This document shows positions 1-12,600 of a stretch of DNA of 64,000 nt, piece after piece. The translations under genes and the position numbers were made by a program. The notes below the pieces were generated by a model, which saw nothing but the letters and a program-made list of their open reading frames with translations, did no database searches and was not told the origin of the DNA. The stretch is from contig OX597822.1 in the NCBI GenBank assembly GCA_951406725.2, positions 2,666,001 through 2,730,000 on the forward strand. The letters are read 5' to 3'. The DNA comes from Octopus vulgaris. Lineage: Eukaryota. Every line of letters begins with the position of its first letter. Within the stretch, counting starts at the first letter, position 1.

Positions 1-2148
1 AACCTTTGCTCCTGCCACCGCCTCGTAGCTTTTGATGGCCTCTTCTACCACTGGAAGCTGGCCTTCGTCTGCCACGATGAATGAGGTGTCATCCGCATAC
101 GCCGTAGCTCCTCTTCCACACCATAGGTCATGCGGCGCGCCCACTAGTGCCTCCAATTTCCGCAGCAAAGGCTCAAGAGCCAATACGTATAGGAGCGAGG
201 ACAGGGGACACCCTTGACGAACTGAACGCTCGATCCTGAACGGCTTCGAAAAGGAACCGTTCACCTTGACTACAGACTCGATGTCGCTATACAAAGCAGC
301 GATCCAACCTCGAAAGGTCGGGCCTAGGCCAGCCTCTCCGAGGACCGCCGCCAGGTACCGATGGTCGACCCTATCAAATGCTTTGGACTGGTCTAAATGT
401 ACCAGTGCTCCCCCTGCGCCAGAAAGCTTCCCCACCCTCTCTAAGGAGTAGCGTATAAGGTGGAGATTGTCGTGGATCGTTCTGCCGGGGATAGCGCACG
501 TTTGCGCTTCCCCGACAAGTTTGTCCACGACCCGCGCCAACCTTTTTGCTAGCACCTTGGCCAGAATCTTAAACTCTGTGTTTAACAGAGTTATGGGCCT
601 GAAGTTCCCTATCTCGTCCCCCTTGTTCGGGTCCTTCCTGATCAACGTCACCGCCCCCCGGCTCGCAGACTTGGGAATTCTCCCATTCTGCTGCCAGTTG
701 GCGTAGACGCTAGCCAGCAGGTGCCCGAACAAGTCTGGCATACTTCTATAAAATTCATAGGGCAGACCATCGAGACTCGGCGACTTCTCCCCGGGGCACT
801 TGCCCAACCCCTCGATTACTTACTCGGCTGTGATTGACCCTTCACAGCACTCAGCCTCTCGTGTCGAGAGGCGCGGGCCACCAGACAGGAAGTCCCTAAG
901 GGCCTCACCATGATCCAGCGTCCCGCACCTCCCGAACAACTCGGCGAAGTGCTTGTAAAGTGCCTCACACATCTCGTCCCGCTTCTTGATCGTGCATCCG
1001 TTTTCATCAACAAGAGACCCAATTGTGGAATCGTTTCCACGCTGTGTTTCTATCGTACGGGCCCATCCGGCAACATTAATTCCCTCACGGCCCAATGCTC
1101 GTACTTTAGCCCGGACTCTACATCCCTCATGTTTGGTTTTGAGGTGACGGTCTAATGCCGTTCTCGCCGCTAAAATGTGAGATGCAGAGCCCAACCTCAA
1201 CGCCTCCTCTAAGTTCTTAACTAGTTGCCCTTCTATTCTAACCCTATCTAGTCTTAGTTGTTTACTAAATCTAATGGACTCGAATCGAATGGCTCTTTTG
1301 AGGGTGAACCACCACCTGTTATTAACCACGGCTCCGGTTAACGCCCTCTGCACTAACACCTTAATGCGGCTACGGTATACCTCGCGTGTCAAAATAGACT
1401 TGTTCAGCTTCCAGTAGCCGGTTCCTATCTTAAGTGTGCTATCTATGTCCAGTCTACACGTGACCATTCTATGGTCAGTATAGGGCACCTGGACGAGCAG
1501 TGGACAACTAAAACTAGACTTATCTCTAGTTCTTATCACTATCCTGTCTAGATAAGACTTGAACCTTCCGTTGCCACTCATCCAGGTCCACTCTGGGACG
1601 TTCGGATGGTCAAGTCTGTAACGATCTGCCAGCTGAAACCGCTTAAGCAGATCCACGAGACGTGAGTTCACTTTCCTATAGATCGAGCCAACGCTATCGA
1701 TGTGTACGTCAACGATAGCATTAAAGTCCCCTAATATCATTAAAGTCTTCGACGTCACGAGAAAGCCCTCTAGGCGCCGATAAAAATCAGTTTGGAAACC
1801 TCTAGCACAAGGTGCATAGAGTCCGATCAACCTGAAGGCCTTACTGCTCTATGTCACATCAAGGACGACCAGCCCACCTTCTGGGTCTACATAGACTGTA
1901 CTTGTCTGTAGAGCGAAGTCTTTACGGATCAGTACCACTACGCCCCCTCGCCCTCCGGTCTGGCCAGGAGACATGATTTTCTCGTAGCCATTCAGGAGAG
2001 GCGAGAAGGTTTGTAGGCTGTCCAGCTTGGTCTCTGTAGCAACCATCACATGTATATCATGTGATCTGAGGTCGTCGAGGAAACAAGCCTGCTTCCACTT
2101 CGAACTCAGACCACGCACATTTAAACAACCAAGGTTAAGCGAAGCCAT
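1..2148 (-). pseudogene. Tx1 ORF2 (APE endonuclease + RT), copy 1, disrupted
   Basis: NVRGL, ATETK, YAP, GDFN, SYLDR, TDH motifs; in-frame TAG at 1849-1851 and a copy-specific TAA at 820-822. Confidence 0.9.
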
Positions 2149-2433
2149 TACAAAAAGTAAAAGTTCTACTTACATTTCGTTGGAGAGGTGGGGGCCGACC
2201 TCACCACACATTTGTGGGCCCCTTCTTTCTCCTCTTTCTTCAGATAGTCCGGCAAGTTCGCGATATGCCGGATGGCGTTTGGGTGTCTGTCTTTTAATTG
2301 TTTGAACGTTGTTTATGCAATCCACGCGTGTCTATTTCGATCTTTGTATTTGTTGTACAGTCTTGCTGACTGATGCTGAACCACAATATCATTTATGTAT
2401 TTGTCTTGTGTGTCGAATTCAATTAATATGAGT

Positions 2434-3567
2434 TCATTTTCTTTTTTGTCTTCTTTTTCTGGGCCTGTTGAGCGGGATTTTTTTCCGTGTCTGTGGTGTG
2501 TCTTTGTTTTTATTATTTTTTGTAGGGGATGTGGACGGGGATGCTGCACGAATTCTTTTACGAACTGGTGTAAATCCCCCCTCTGATACCTCCATGGTAT
2601 CGTCTGGGGTGGCAATGGTTTGTTCGGTAGGCGCCGCAGTTTTTAGTGGGGTGGGAGATTTTAATAGTGTAGGGGTTTGTGAGTGCGAGGGCTGGGTTTT
2701 TTCTTCAGTCTGTTTTGGGGTTGGCACCGTAACAGCGGGAGTGGGATTTTTTGTTTTTGTAGGGGTAGGTGTGTTTGCAAGGGTAGGAACTTTTTTATTA
2801 TCTGAGGGGCCTGGTGTCTGCGGTTTCTTTTGCTTGTCTGGACAGTCTACACGAATGTGGCCCTTTTTGCCGCAGGCGTAACAGGTGGGTTTTCGGCCTT
2901 CGACCTGTACCCTGAGGGCTACGTTCTCTCCCACGAGCATCCTCTCAGGAAGGAGCTGCAGGTCCTCCGCTATTCCTTGAATTAATATATTAATGTTACG
3001 CCCGAGCCAAAATCGAGGGGTAGAGCATATTACTTCTAGTATTTTTATTTTGTCCGCCCTTTTATATAACAGGGCGGCCACTACCTCTACCGGATCTACT
3101 TCCGGCGGGGCTTCAACAATCCTGACCCGGGACGTCCTGCGTCCCCTATAGCTTGGGAAAAGTACCACCTCCTTGGTTTTTAGGGGGTTCACAGAATGCC
3201 CGCGGGCCATTTCTTCCCCCGAGAAGCGGACATCCACAGTGCCATATGCCCGTCCCCTGGCGACGTACACGATGTCCTTCCAAATCGGGGACAGGCATTT
3301 CTCGATGGTGCTTTTTTCAAGGTGTTTGAACCTTCTGCTTTGTGGACAGAAAGTTTTAAACACTACGGTCCGCTTCTCGGTCTCCACGATACTGGCGGAG
3401 GGTGATATTTTAACATCACCACCCTCCTCTTGCATTCTTTTAAATAGCTCGACGAGCTGGTTGACATCGATGTCAATTTTCTCGGTAGCCACTGCGGCTA
3501 CCTCAGAAAATTTTTTAACATTGCTCTCCTCAAGAGCACTACTTTCGTGAATAATTTCAACAGACAT
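2434..3567 (-). CDS. Tx1 ORF1, Gag-like nucleic-acid-binding protein, copy 1
   Basis: ATG at 3567 (MSVEIIHESS); CYACGKKGHIRVDC = CX2CX4HX4C knuckle; Pro/Thr-rich linker; ancestral frame probably continued to TAG at 2166-2168. Confidence 0.8.
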   Translation of the reverse strand: MSVEIIHESSALEESNVKKFSEVAAVATEKIDIDVNQLVELFKRMQEEGGDVKISPSASIVETEKRTVVFKTFCPQSRRFKHLEKSTIEKCLSPIWKDIVYVARGRAYGTVDVRFSGEEMARGHSVNPLKTKEVVLFPSYRGRRTSRVRIVEAPPEVDPVEVVAALLYKRADKIKILEVICSTPRFWLGRNINILIQGIAEDLQLLPERMLVGENVALRVQVEGRKPTCYACGKKGHIRVDCPDKQKKPQTPGPSDNKKVPTLANTPTPTKTKNPTPAVTVPTPKQTEEKTQPSHSQTPTLLKSPTPLKTAAPTEQTIATPDDTMEVSEGGFTPVRKRIRAASPSTSPTKNNKNKDTPQTRKKIPLNRPRKRRQKRK

Positions 3568-3957
3568 TATTCTGTTGAAATTAGACAACACAAAAATTAC
3601 GAGTATTGGCTTCCCACAAAACTGGGAAACCTATAGAAAGTTTTTCTTCCAAAGTAGTTCAAAAAAGCAGTTCAAAAATTCCAATTCCCACCCCCATTCG
3701 GGGGAGGGGCACGAAAATAGTCTGGCAGGACTATGTATAGTCACGTGAATAAAAAGCCACAGTGGCTAACAGTTCAACGGTAAGAAATTATTCAATTATT
3801 TCCCGGTAAAAATCGGAGAACAAGACAGTTCAGCAACGTTTAAAGGCAAATTTTCAGTAGTAGGAATTCAACAATTAACAACACAGCAAAACTCTTACCG
3901 GGAAGAAAACGCGTCCAAACCTTAGTACGGTAGGCAAAGTCACTCTTCTGTCAGTGA

Positions 3958-3974
3958 GGTTAGCAAAGCTACTT
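3958..3974. repeat. 17-bp inter-unit spacer / putative target-site duplication GGTTAGCAAAGCTACTT
   Basis: Identical at 3958-3974, 9412-9428 and 14867-14883; resembles SINE-B head GGTAAGCAAGCTACTT (21757-21772). Confidence 0.8.
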
Positions 3975-4202
3975 TATTTCATATAATTTGCCATTTAGGC
4001 ATTTACAAAGAGGGGACAAACAAGGACAGACAAATATAAAGGGTGAAGTAGCTTAACACAGTTACAATTTTCGAATGAAATTACGGATAAGATTATAAAC
4101 AATGAATTTTACGAAGGCAATGTTTAAAAATATTAATGATCATGTCGAAGGACGGACACCCAGCCATCCGGGTAGAACCTTTACTTTCTGATCCGGTCAC
4201 AC

Positions 4203-7200
4203 TTACCTGGTGCCAAACATACCCATCTTGTATGCCACAGGCTTCCATCTTTTCACAAACATATCTCGTGACAGACACCTCTTCTCCAGCCTGATTTTGC
4301 TACTGAGGTGGTAACTAAAAAAGTTAATCAACTCCTGGCCGGAGACAAAGGTGCCTGTCACTATACCTTTCGTACGCGTCTTCCATACTGTTTCTTTCAG
4401 TATGGCTACTACACAGAAAAAACAAGCCTTTCTTTCCCTGTTAAGGAAAGGGGGCGGCACAATCTCGATGATAGACTCAGCTGATAGCTGTACTCTTCCC
4501 ATCACTGACAACAGTTGTTCTACAAAAGCTATCAGTCCCGATAACTCCGGACACTCCACGAATGCGTGCAAGACGGTCTCCCTATTCTGCTCACATCGCG
4601 GGCATGTCGGCGAGACGGCACTACCGTGCCTTGACAGCTTGTCGCGAACAGGTAAAGCCGCACGGAAACATTGCCAGGCTAGGGATTTCTGGTAATTATC
4701 CAGATACCCCGGCCCGAACGTCCTCCGGAACAGGTTGATCAACTGATTTTCATCGTAGACCAGGGTCTCCCCCAAGGCGTCTTCGGACTTAATCTCCACT
4801 AACCCGCTATAGAAATCCGTGGTGGAACTCCTGTTGCCGGCGTTGCCCACCCGAGATAGTAGCTGGAGCGCCTGACGGCACTCCAAATGCCATTCACTCA
4901 GTTTAGGTTTCCGCTTGATCCATGCACCGATGTCCGTTAGGGATGTTAACTGGGGAAGGTAGAACCGGACGTGCGGCGACCACACCTGCTCTCCATCCAG
5001 GTAAAGCCAGAGGTGCCTCAACCTTAACGCGAGTTTTCGCATCCTCAGCCAAGGCATCCCTAGCCCACCCTTTAGCGGTTTCTGGCAGCAGACAGAGCGC
5101 TTTACAAGTGGCTTTCCTCCTTTCCACAAAAATCGGAAAAGGATTCTCTCCAACTTGTTCAGCCACAAATCGGGGCAAGGCACCACGGTCAGACGGTAGG
5201 TGATTACTGATGCTATAAACATCTGCACCACCTCCGCCTTCCCTAGCAGGGATAACGCCCGCCCAGACCAGGTCTGGGTTAGAGCGGTCACCTTGTTGGC
5301 CACCTCACTCCAATTTTTTTCAATCTGGAGGTCTGGCCCGAACCAGACTCCGAGCAGCTTAACAGGACCTTCCGTCCAACGCCCTACGACATTATTGGAC
5401 GGCATCGGCTTGCCCCTCCAGGTGCCGAGTTGCAAACCAACCGACTTGTCCTTGTTAACCTTTGCTCCTGCCACCGCCTCGTAGCTTTTTATGGCCTCTT
5501 CCACCACTGGAAGCTGGCCTTCGTCTGCCACGATGATGGAGGTGTCATCCGCATACGCCGTAGCTCCTCTTCCACACCATAGATCATGCGGCGCGCCCCT
5601 AGTGCATCCAACTTCCGCAGCAAAGGCTCAAGAGCCAATACGTATAGGAGCGAGGACAGGGGACACCCTTGACGAACTGAACGCTCGATCCTGAACGGCT
5701 TCGAAAAGGAACCGTTCACCTTGACTACAGACTCGATGTCGCTATACAAAGCAGCGATCCAACCTCGAAAGGTCGGGCCTAGGCCAGCCTCTCCGAGGAC
5801 CGCCGCCAGGTACCGATGGTCGACCCTATCAAATGCTTTGGACTGGTCTAAATGTACCAGTGCTCCCCCTGCGCCAGAAAGCTTCCCCACCCTCTCTAAG
5901 GAGTAGCGTATAAGGTGGAGATTGTCGTGGATCGTTCTGCCGGGGATAGCGCACGTTTGCGCTTCCCCGACAAGTTTGTCCACGACCCGCGCCAACCTTT
6001 TTGCTAGCACCTTGGCCAGAATCTTGAACTCTGTGTTTAACAGAGTTATGGGCCTGAAGTTCCCTATCTCGTCCCCCTTGTTCGGGTCCTTCCTGATCAA
6101 GGTCACCGCCCCCCGGCTCGCAGACTTGGGAATTCTCCCATTCTGCTGCCAGTTGGCGTAGACGCTAGCCAGCAGGTGCCCGAACAAGTTTGGCATACTT
6201 CTATAAAATTCATAGGGCAGACCATCGAGACCCGGCGACTTCTCCCCGGGGCACTTGCCCAACACCTCGATTACTTCCTCGGCTGTGATTGGCCCTTCAC
6301 AGCACTCAGCCTCTCGTGTCGAGAGGCGCGGGCCACCAGACAGGAAGTCCCTAAGGGCCTCACCATGATCCAGCGTCCCGCACCTCCCGAACAACTCGGC
6401 GAAGTGCTTGTGGAGTGCCTCACACATCTCGTCCCGCTTCTTGATCGTGCATCCGTTTTCATCAACAAGAGACCCAATTGTGGCATCGTTTCCACGCTGT
6501 GTTTCTATCGTACGGGCCCATCCGGCAACATTAATTCCCTCACGGCCCAATGCTCGTACTTTAGCCCGGACTCTACATCCCTCATGTTTGGTTTTGAGGT
6601 GACGGTCTAATGCCGTTCTCGCCGCTAAAATGTGAGATGCAGAGCCCAACCTCAACGCCTCCTCTAAGTTCTTAACTAGTTGCCCTTCTATTCTAGCCCT
6701 ATCTAGTCTTAGTTGTTTACTAAATCTAATGGACTCGAATCGAATGGCTCTTTTGAGGGTGAACCACCACCGGTTATTAACCACGGCTCCGGTTAACGCC
6801 CTCTGCACTAACACCTTAATCCGGCTACGGTATGCCTCGCGTGTCAAAATAGACTTGTTCAGCTTCCAGTAGCCGGTTCCTATCTTAAGTGTGCTATCTA
6901 TGTCCAGTCTACACGTGACCATTCTATGGTCAGTATAGGGCACCTGGACGAGCTGTGGACAACTAAAACTAGACTTATCTCTAGTTCTTATCACTATCCT
7001 GTCTAGATAAGACTTGAACCTTCCGTCGCCACTCATCCAGGTCCACTCTGGGACGTTCGGATGGTCAAGTCTGTAACGATCTGCTAGCTGAAACCGCTTA
7101 AGCAGATCCACGAGACGTGAGTTCACTTTCCTATAGATCGAGCCAACGCTATCGATGTGTACGTCAACGATAGCATTAAAGTCCCCTAATATCACTAAAG

Positions 7201-7603
7201 TCTTCGACGTCACGAGAAAGCCCTCTAGGCGCCGATAAAAATCAGTTTGGAAACCTCTAGCACAAGGTGCATAGAGTCCGATCAACCTGAAGGCCTTACT
7301 GCTCTATGTCACATCAAGGACGACCAGCCCACCTTCTGGGTCTACATAGACTGTACTTGTCTGTAGAGCGAAGTCTTTACGGATCAGTACCACTACGCCC
7401 CCTCGCCCTCCGGTCTGGCCAGGAGACATGATTTTCTCGTAGCCATTCAGGAGAGGCGAGAAGGTTTGTAGGCTGTCCAGCTTGGTCTCTGTAGCAACCA
7501 TCACATGTATATCATGTGATCTGAGGTCGTCGAGGAAACAAGCCTGCTTCCACTTCGAACTCAGACCACGCACATTTAAACAACCAAGGTTAAGCGAAGC
7601 CAT
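4203..7603 (-). pseudogene. Tx1 ORF2 (APE-RT-zf-RVT), copy 2
   Basis: SPGLDGL, FRPITLLN, DQSKAFDRVDH, VRQGCPLS, YADD, C-terminal CPRC...ETVLHAFVEC; TAG at 7304-7306; 1-bp deletion in a C run near 5597. Confidence 0.92.
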
Positions 7604-7888
7604 TACAAAAAGTAAAAGTTCTACTTACATTTCGTTGGAGAGGTGGGGGCCGACCTCACCACACATTTGTGGGCCCCTTCTTTCTCCTCTTTCTTCAGAT
7701 AGTCCGGCAAGTTCGCGATATGCCGGATGGCGTTTGGGTGTCTGTCTTTTAATTGTTTGAACGTTGTTTATGCAATCCACGCGTGTCTATTTCGATCTTT
7801 GTATTTGTTGTACAGTCTTGCTGACTGATGCTGAACCACAATATCATTTATGTATTTGTCTTGTGTGTCGAATTCAATTAATATGAGT

Positions 7889-9021
7889 TCATTTTCTTTT
7901 TTGTCTTCTTTTTCTGGGCCTGTTGAGCGGGATTTTTTTTCCGTGTCTGTGGTGTGTCTTTGTTTTTATTATTTTTTGTAGGGATGTGGACGGGGATGCT
8001 GCACGAATTCTTTTACGAACTGGTGTAAATCCCCCCTCTGATACCTCCATGGTATCGTCTGGGGTGGCAATGGTTTGTTCGGTAGGCGCCGCAGTTTTTA
8101 GTGGGGTGGGAGATTTTAATAGTGTAGGGGTTTGTGAGTGCGAGGGCTGGGTTTTTTCTTCAGTCTGTTTTGGGGTTGGCACCGTAACAGCGGGAGTGGG
8201 ATTTTTTGTTTTTGTAGGGGTAGGTGTGTTTGCAAGGGTAGGAACTTTTTTATTATCTGAGGGGCCTGGTGTCTGCGGTTTCTTTTGCTTGTCTGGACAG
8301 TCTACACGAATGTGGCCCTTTTTGCCGCAGGCGTAACAGGTGGGTTTTCGGCCTTCGACCTGTACCCTGAGGGCTACGTTCTCTCCCACGAGCATCCTCT
8401 CAGGAAGGAGCTGCAGGTCCTCCGCTATTCCTTGAATTAATATATTAATGTTACGCCCGAGCCAAAATCGAGGGGTAGAGCATATTACTTCTAGTATTTT
8501 TATTTTGTCCGCCCTTTTATATAACAGGGCGGCCACTACCTCTACCGGATCTACTCCGGCGGGGCTTCAACAATCCTGACCCGGGACGTCCTGCGTCCCC
8601 TATAGCTTGGGAAAAGTACCACCTCCTTGGTTTTTAGGGGGTTCACAGAATGCCCGCGGGCCATTTCTTCCCCCGAGAAGCGGACATCCACAGTGCCATA
8701 TGCCCGTCCCCTGGCGACGTACACGATGTCCTTCCAAATCGGGGACAGGCATTTCTCGATGGTGCTTTTTTCAAGGTGTTTGAACCTTCTGCTTTGTGGA
8801 CAGAAAGTTTTAAACACTACGGTCCGCTTCTCGGTCTCCACGATACTGGCGGAGGGTGATATTTTAACATCACCACCCTCCTCTTGCATTCTTTTAAATA
8901 GCTCGACGAGCTGGTTGACATCGATGTCAATTTTCTCGGTAGCCACTGCGGCTACCTCAGAAAATTTTTTAACATTGCTCTCCTCAAGAGCACTACTTTC
9001 GTGAATAATTTCAACAGACAT
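7889..9021 (-). pseudogene. Tx1 ORF1, copy 2 (frameshift near 8554)
   Basis: Same protein as copy 1, split over ORFs 8551-9117 and 7889-8536. Confidence 0.85.
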
Positions 9022-9411
9022 TATTCTGTTGAAATTAGACAACACAAAAATTACGAGTATTGGCTTTCCCACAAAACTGGGAAGCCTATAGAAAGTTTTT
9101 CTTCCAAAGTAGTTCAAAAAAGCAGTTCAAAAATTCCAATTCCCACCCCCATTCGGGGGAGGGGCACGAAAATAGTCTGGCAGGACTATGTATAGTCACG
9201 TGAATAAAAAGCCACAGTGGCTAACAGTTCAACGGTAAGAAATTATTCAATTATTTCCCGGTAAAAATCGGAGAACAAGACAGTTCAGCAACGTTTAAAG
9301 GCAAATTTTCAGTAGTAGGAATTCAACAATTAACAACACAGCAAAACTCTTACCGGGAAGAAAACGCGTCCAAACCTTAGTACGGTGGCAAAGTCACTCT
9401 TCTGTCAGTGA

Positions 9412-9428
9412 GGTTAGCAAAGCTACTT
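9412..9428. repeat. 17-bp inter-unit spacer / putative TSD, second junction
   Basis: GGTTAGCAAAGCTACTT followed by TATTTC (3' end of next unit). Confidence 0.8.
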
Positions 9429-9656
9429 TATTTCATATAATTTGCCATTTAGGCATTTACAAAGAGGGGACAAACAAGGACAGACAAATATAAAGGGTGA
9501 AGTAGCTTAACACAGTTACAATTTTCGAATGAAATTACGGATAAGATTATAAACAATGAATTTTACGAAGGCAATGTTTAAAAATATTAATGATCATGTC
9601 GAAGGACGGACACCCAGCCATCCGGGTAGAACCTTTACTTTCTGATCCGGTCACAC

Positions 9657-12600
9657 TTACCTGGTGCCAAACATACCCATCTTGTATGCCACAGGCTTCC
9701 ATCTTTTCACAAACATATCTCGTGACAGACACCTCTTCTCCAGCCTGATTTTGCTACTGAGGTGGTAACTAAAAAGTTAATCAACCCCTGGCCGGAGACA
9801 AAGGTGCCTGTCACTATACCTTTCGTACGCGTCTTCCATACTGTTTCTTTCAGTATGGCTACTACACAGAAAAAACAAGCCTTTCTTTCCCTGTTAAGGA
9901 AAGGGGGCGGCACAATCTCGATGATAGACTCAGCTGATAGCTGTACTCTTCCCATCACTGACAACAGTTGTTCTAACAAAAGCTATCAGTCCCGATAACT
10001 CCGGACACTCCACGAATGCGTGCAAGACGGTCTCCCTATTCTGCTCACATCGCGGGCATGTCGGCGAGACGGCACTACCGTGCCTTGACAGCTTGTCGCG
10101 AACAGGTAAAGCCGCACGGAAACACTGCCAGGCCAGGGATTTCTGGTAATTATCCAGATACCCCGGCCCGAACGTCCTCCGGAACAGGTTGACCAACTGA
10201 TTTTCATCGTAGCCCAGGGTCTCCCCCAAGGCGTCTTCGGACTTAATCTCCACTAACCCGCTATAGAAATCCGTGGTGGAACTCCTGTTGCCGGCGTTGC
10301 CCACCCGAGATAGTAGCTGGAGCGCCTGACGGCACTCCAAATGCCATTCACTCAGTTTAGGTCTCCGCTTGATCCATGCACCGATGTCCGTTAGGGATGT
10401 TAACTGGGGAAGGTAGAACCGGACGTGCGGCGACCACACCTGCTCTCCATCCAGGTAAAGCCAGAGGTGCCTCAACCTTAACGCGAGTTTTCGCATCCTC
10501 AGCCAAGGCATCCCTAGCCCACCCTTTAGCGGTTTCTGGCAGCAGACAGAGCGCTTTACAAGTGGCTTTCCTCCTTTCCACAAAAATCGGAAAAGGATTC
10601 TCTCCAACTTGTTCAGCCACAAATCGGGGCAAGGCACCACGGTCAGACGGTAGGTGATTACTGATGCTATAAACATCTGCACCACCTCCGCCTTCCCTAG
10701 CAGGGATAACGCCCGCCCAGACCAGGTCTGGGTTAGAGCGGTCACCTTGTTGGCCACCTCACTCCAATTTTTCTCAATCTGGAGGTCTGGCCCGAACCAG
10801 ACTCCGAGCAGCTTAACAGGACCTTCCGTCCAACGCCCTACGACGTTATTGGACGGCATCGGCTTGCCCCTCCAGGTGCCGAGTTGCAAACCGACCGACT
10901 TGTCCTTGTTAACCTTTGCTCCTGCCACCGCCTCGTAGCTTTTGATGGCCTCTTCCACCACTGGAAGCTGGCCTTCGTCTGCCACGATGATGGAGGTGTC
11001 ATCCGCATACGCCGTAGCTCCTCTTCCACACCATAGATCATGCGGCGCGCCCCCTAGTGCCTCCAACTTCCGCAGCAAAGGCTCAAGAGCCAATACGTAT
11101 AGGAGCGAGGACAGGGGACACCCTTGACGAACTGAACGCTCGATCCTGAACGGCTTCGAAAAGGAACCGTTCACCTTGACTACAGACTCGATGTCGCTAT
11201 ACAAAGCAGCGATCCAACCTCGAAAGGTCGGGCCTAGGCCAGCCTCTCCGAGGACCGCCGCCAGGTACCGATGGTCGACCCTATCAAATGCTTTGGACTG
11301 GTCTAAATGTACCAGTGCTCCCCCTGCGCCAGAAAGCTTCCCCACCCTCTCTAAGGAGTAGCGTATAAGGTGGAGATTGTCGTGGATCGTTCTGCCGGGG
11401 ATAGCGCACGTTTGCGCTTCCCCGACAAGTTTGTCCACGACCCGCGCCAACCTTTTTGCTAGCACCTTGGCCAGAATCTTGAACTCTGTGTTTAACAGAG
11501 TTATGGGCCTGAAGTTCCCTATCTCGTCCCCCTTGTTCGGGTCCTTCCTGATCAAGGTCACCGCCCCCCGGCTCGCAGACTTGGGAATTCTCCCATTCTG
11601 CTGCCAGTTGGCGTAGACGCTAGCCAGCAGGTGCCCGAACAAGTTTGGCATACTTCTATAAAATTCATAGGGCAGACCATCGAGACCCGGCGACTTCTCC
11701 CCGGGGCACTTGCCCAACACCTCGATTACTTCCTCGGCTGTGATTGGCCCTTCACAGCACTCAGCCTCTCGTGTCGAGAGGCGCGGGCCACCAGACAGGA
11801 AGTCCCTAAGGGCCTCACCATGATCCAGCGTCCCGCACCTCCCGAACAACTCGGCGAAGTGCTTGTGGAGTGCCTCACACATCTCGTCCCGCTTCTTGAT
11901 CGTGCATCCGTTTTCATCAACAAGAGACCCAATTGTGGCATCGTTTCCACGCTGTGTTTCTATCGTACGGGCCCATCCGGCAACATTAATTCCCTCACGG
12001 CCCAATGCTCGTACTTTAGCCCGGACTCTACATCCCTCATGTTTGGTTTTGAGGTGACGGTCTAATGCCGTTCTCGCCGCTAAAATGTGAGATGCAGAGC
12101 CCAACCTCAACGCCTCCTCTAAGTTCTTAACTAGTTGCCCTTCTATTCTAGCCCTATCTAGTCTTAGTTGTTTACTAAATCTAATGGACTCGAATCGAAT
12201 GGCTCTTTTGAGGGTGAACCACCACCGGTTATTAACCACGGCTCCGGTTAACGCCCTCTGCACTAACACCTTAATCCGGCTACGGTATGCCTCGCGTGTC
12301 AAAATAGACTTGTTCAGCTTCCAGTAGCCGGTTCCTATCTTAAGTGTGCTATCTATGTCCAGTCTACACGTGACCATTCTATGGTCAGTATAGGGCACCT
12401 GGACGAGCTGTGGACAACTAAAACTAGACTTATCTCTAGTTCTTATCACTATCCTGTCTAGATAAGACTTGAACCTTCCGTCGCCACTCATCCAGGTCCA
12501 CTCTGGGACGTTCGGATGGTCAAGTCTGTAACGATCTGCTAGCTGAAACCGCTTAAGCAGATCCACGAGACGTGAGTTCACTTTCCTATAGATCGAGCCA

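Larger units (their letters stand above)
1..3957 (-). mobile_element. Tx1-group (L1 clade) non-LTR retrotransposon, array copy 1 (3' part runs off the window)
   Basis: Near-identical to copies 2 and 3; 5'UTR, ORF1 with CCHC knuckle, ORF2 with APE and RT motifs. Confidence 0.93.
3975..9411 (-). mobile_element. Tx1-group non-LTR retrotransposon, array copy 2 (full length, ~5.44 kb)
   Basis: 5'UTR, ORF1, ORF2 and 3'UTR ending in AATAAA (minus strand, 3973-3978) directly against the spacer. Confidence 0.95.
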
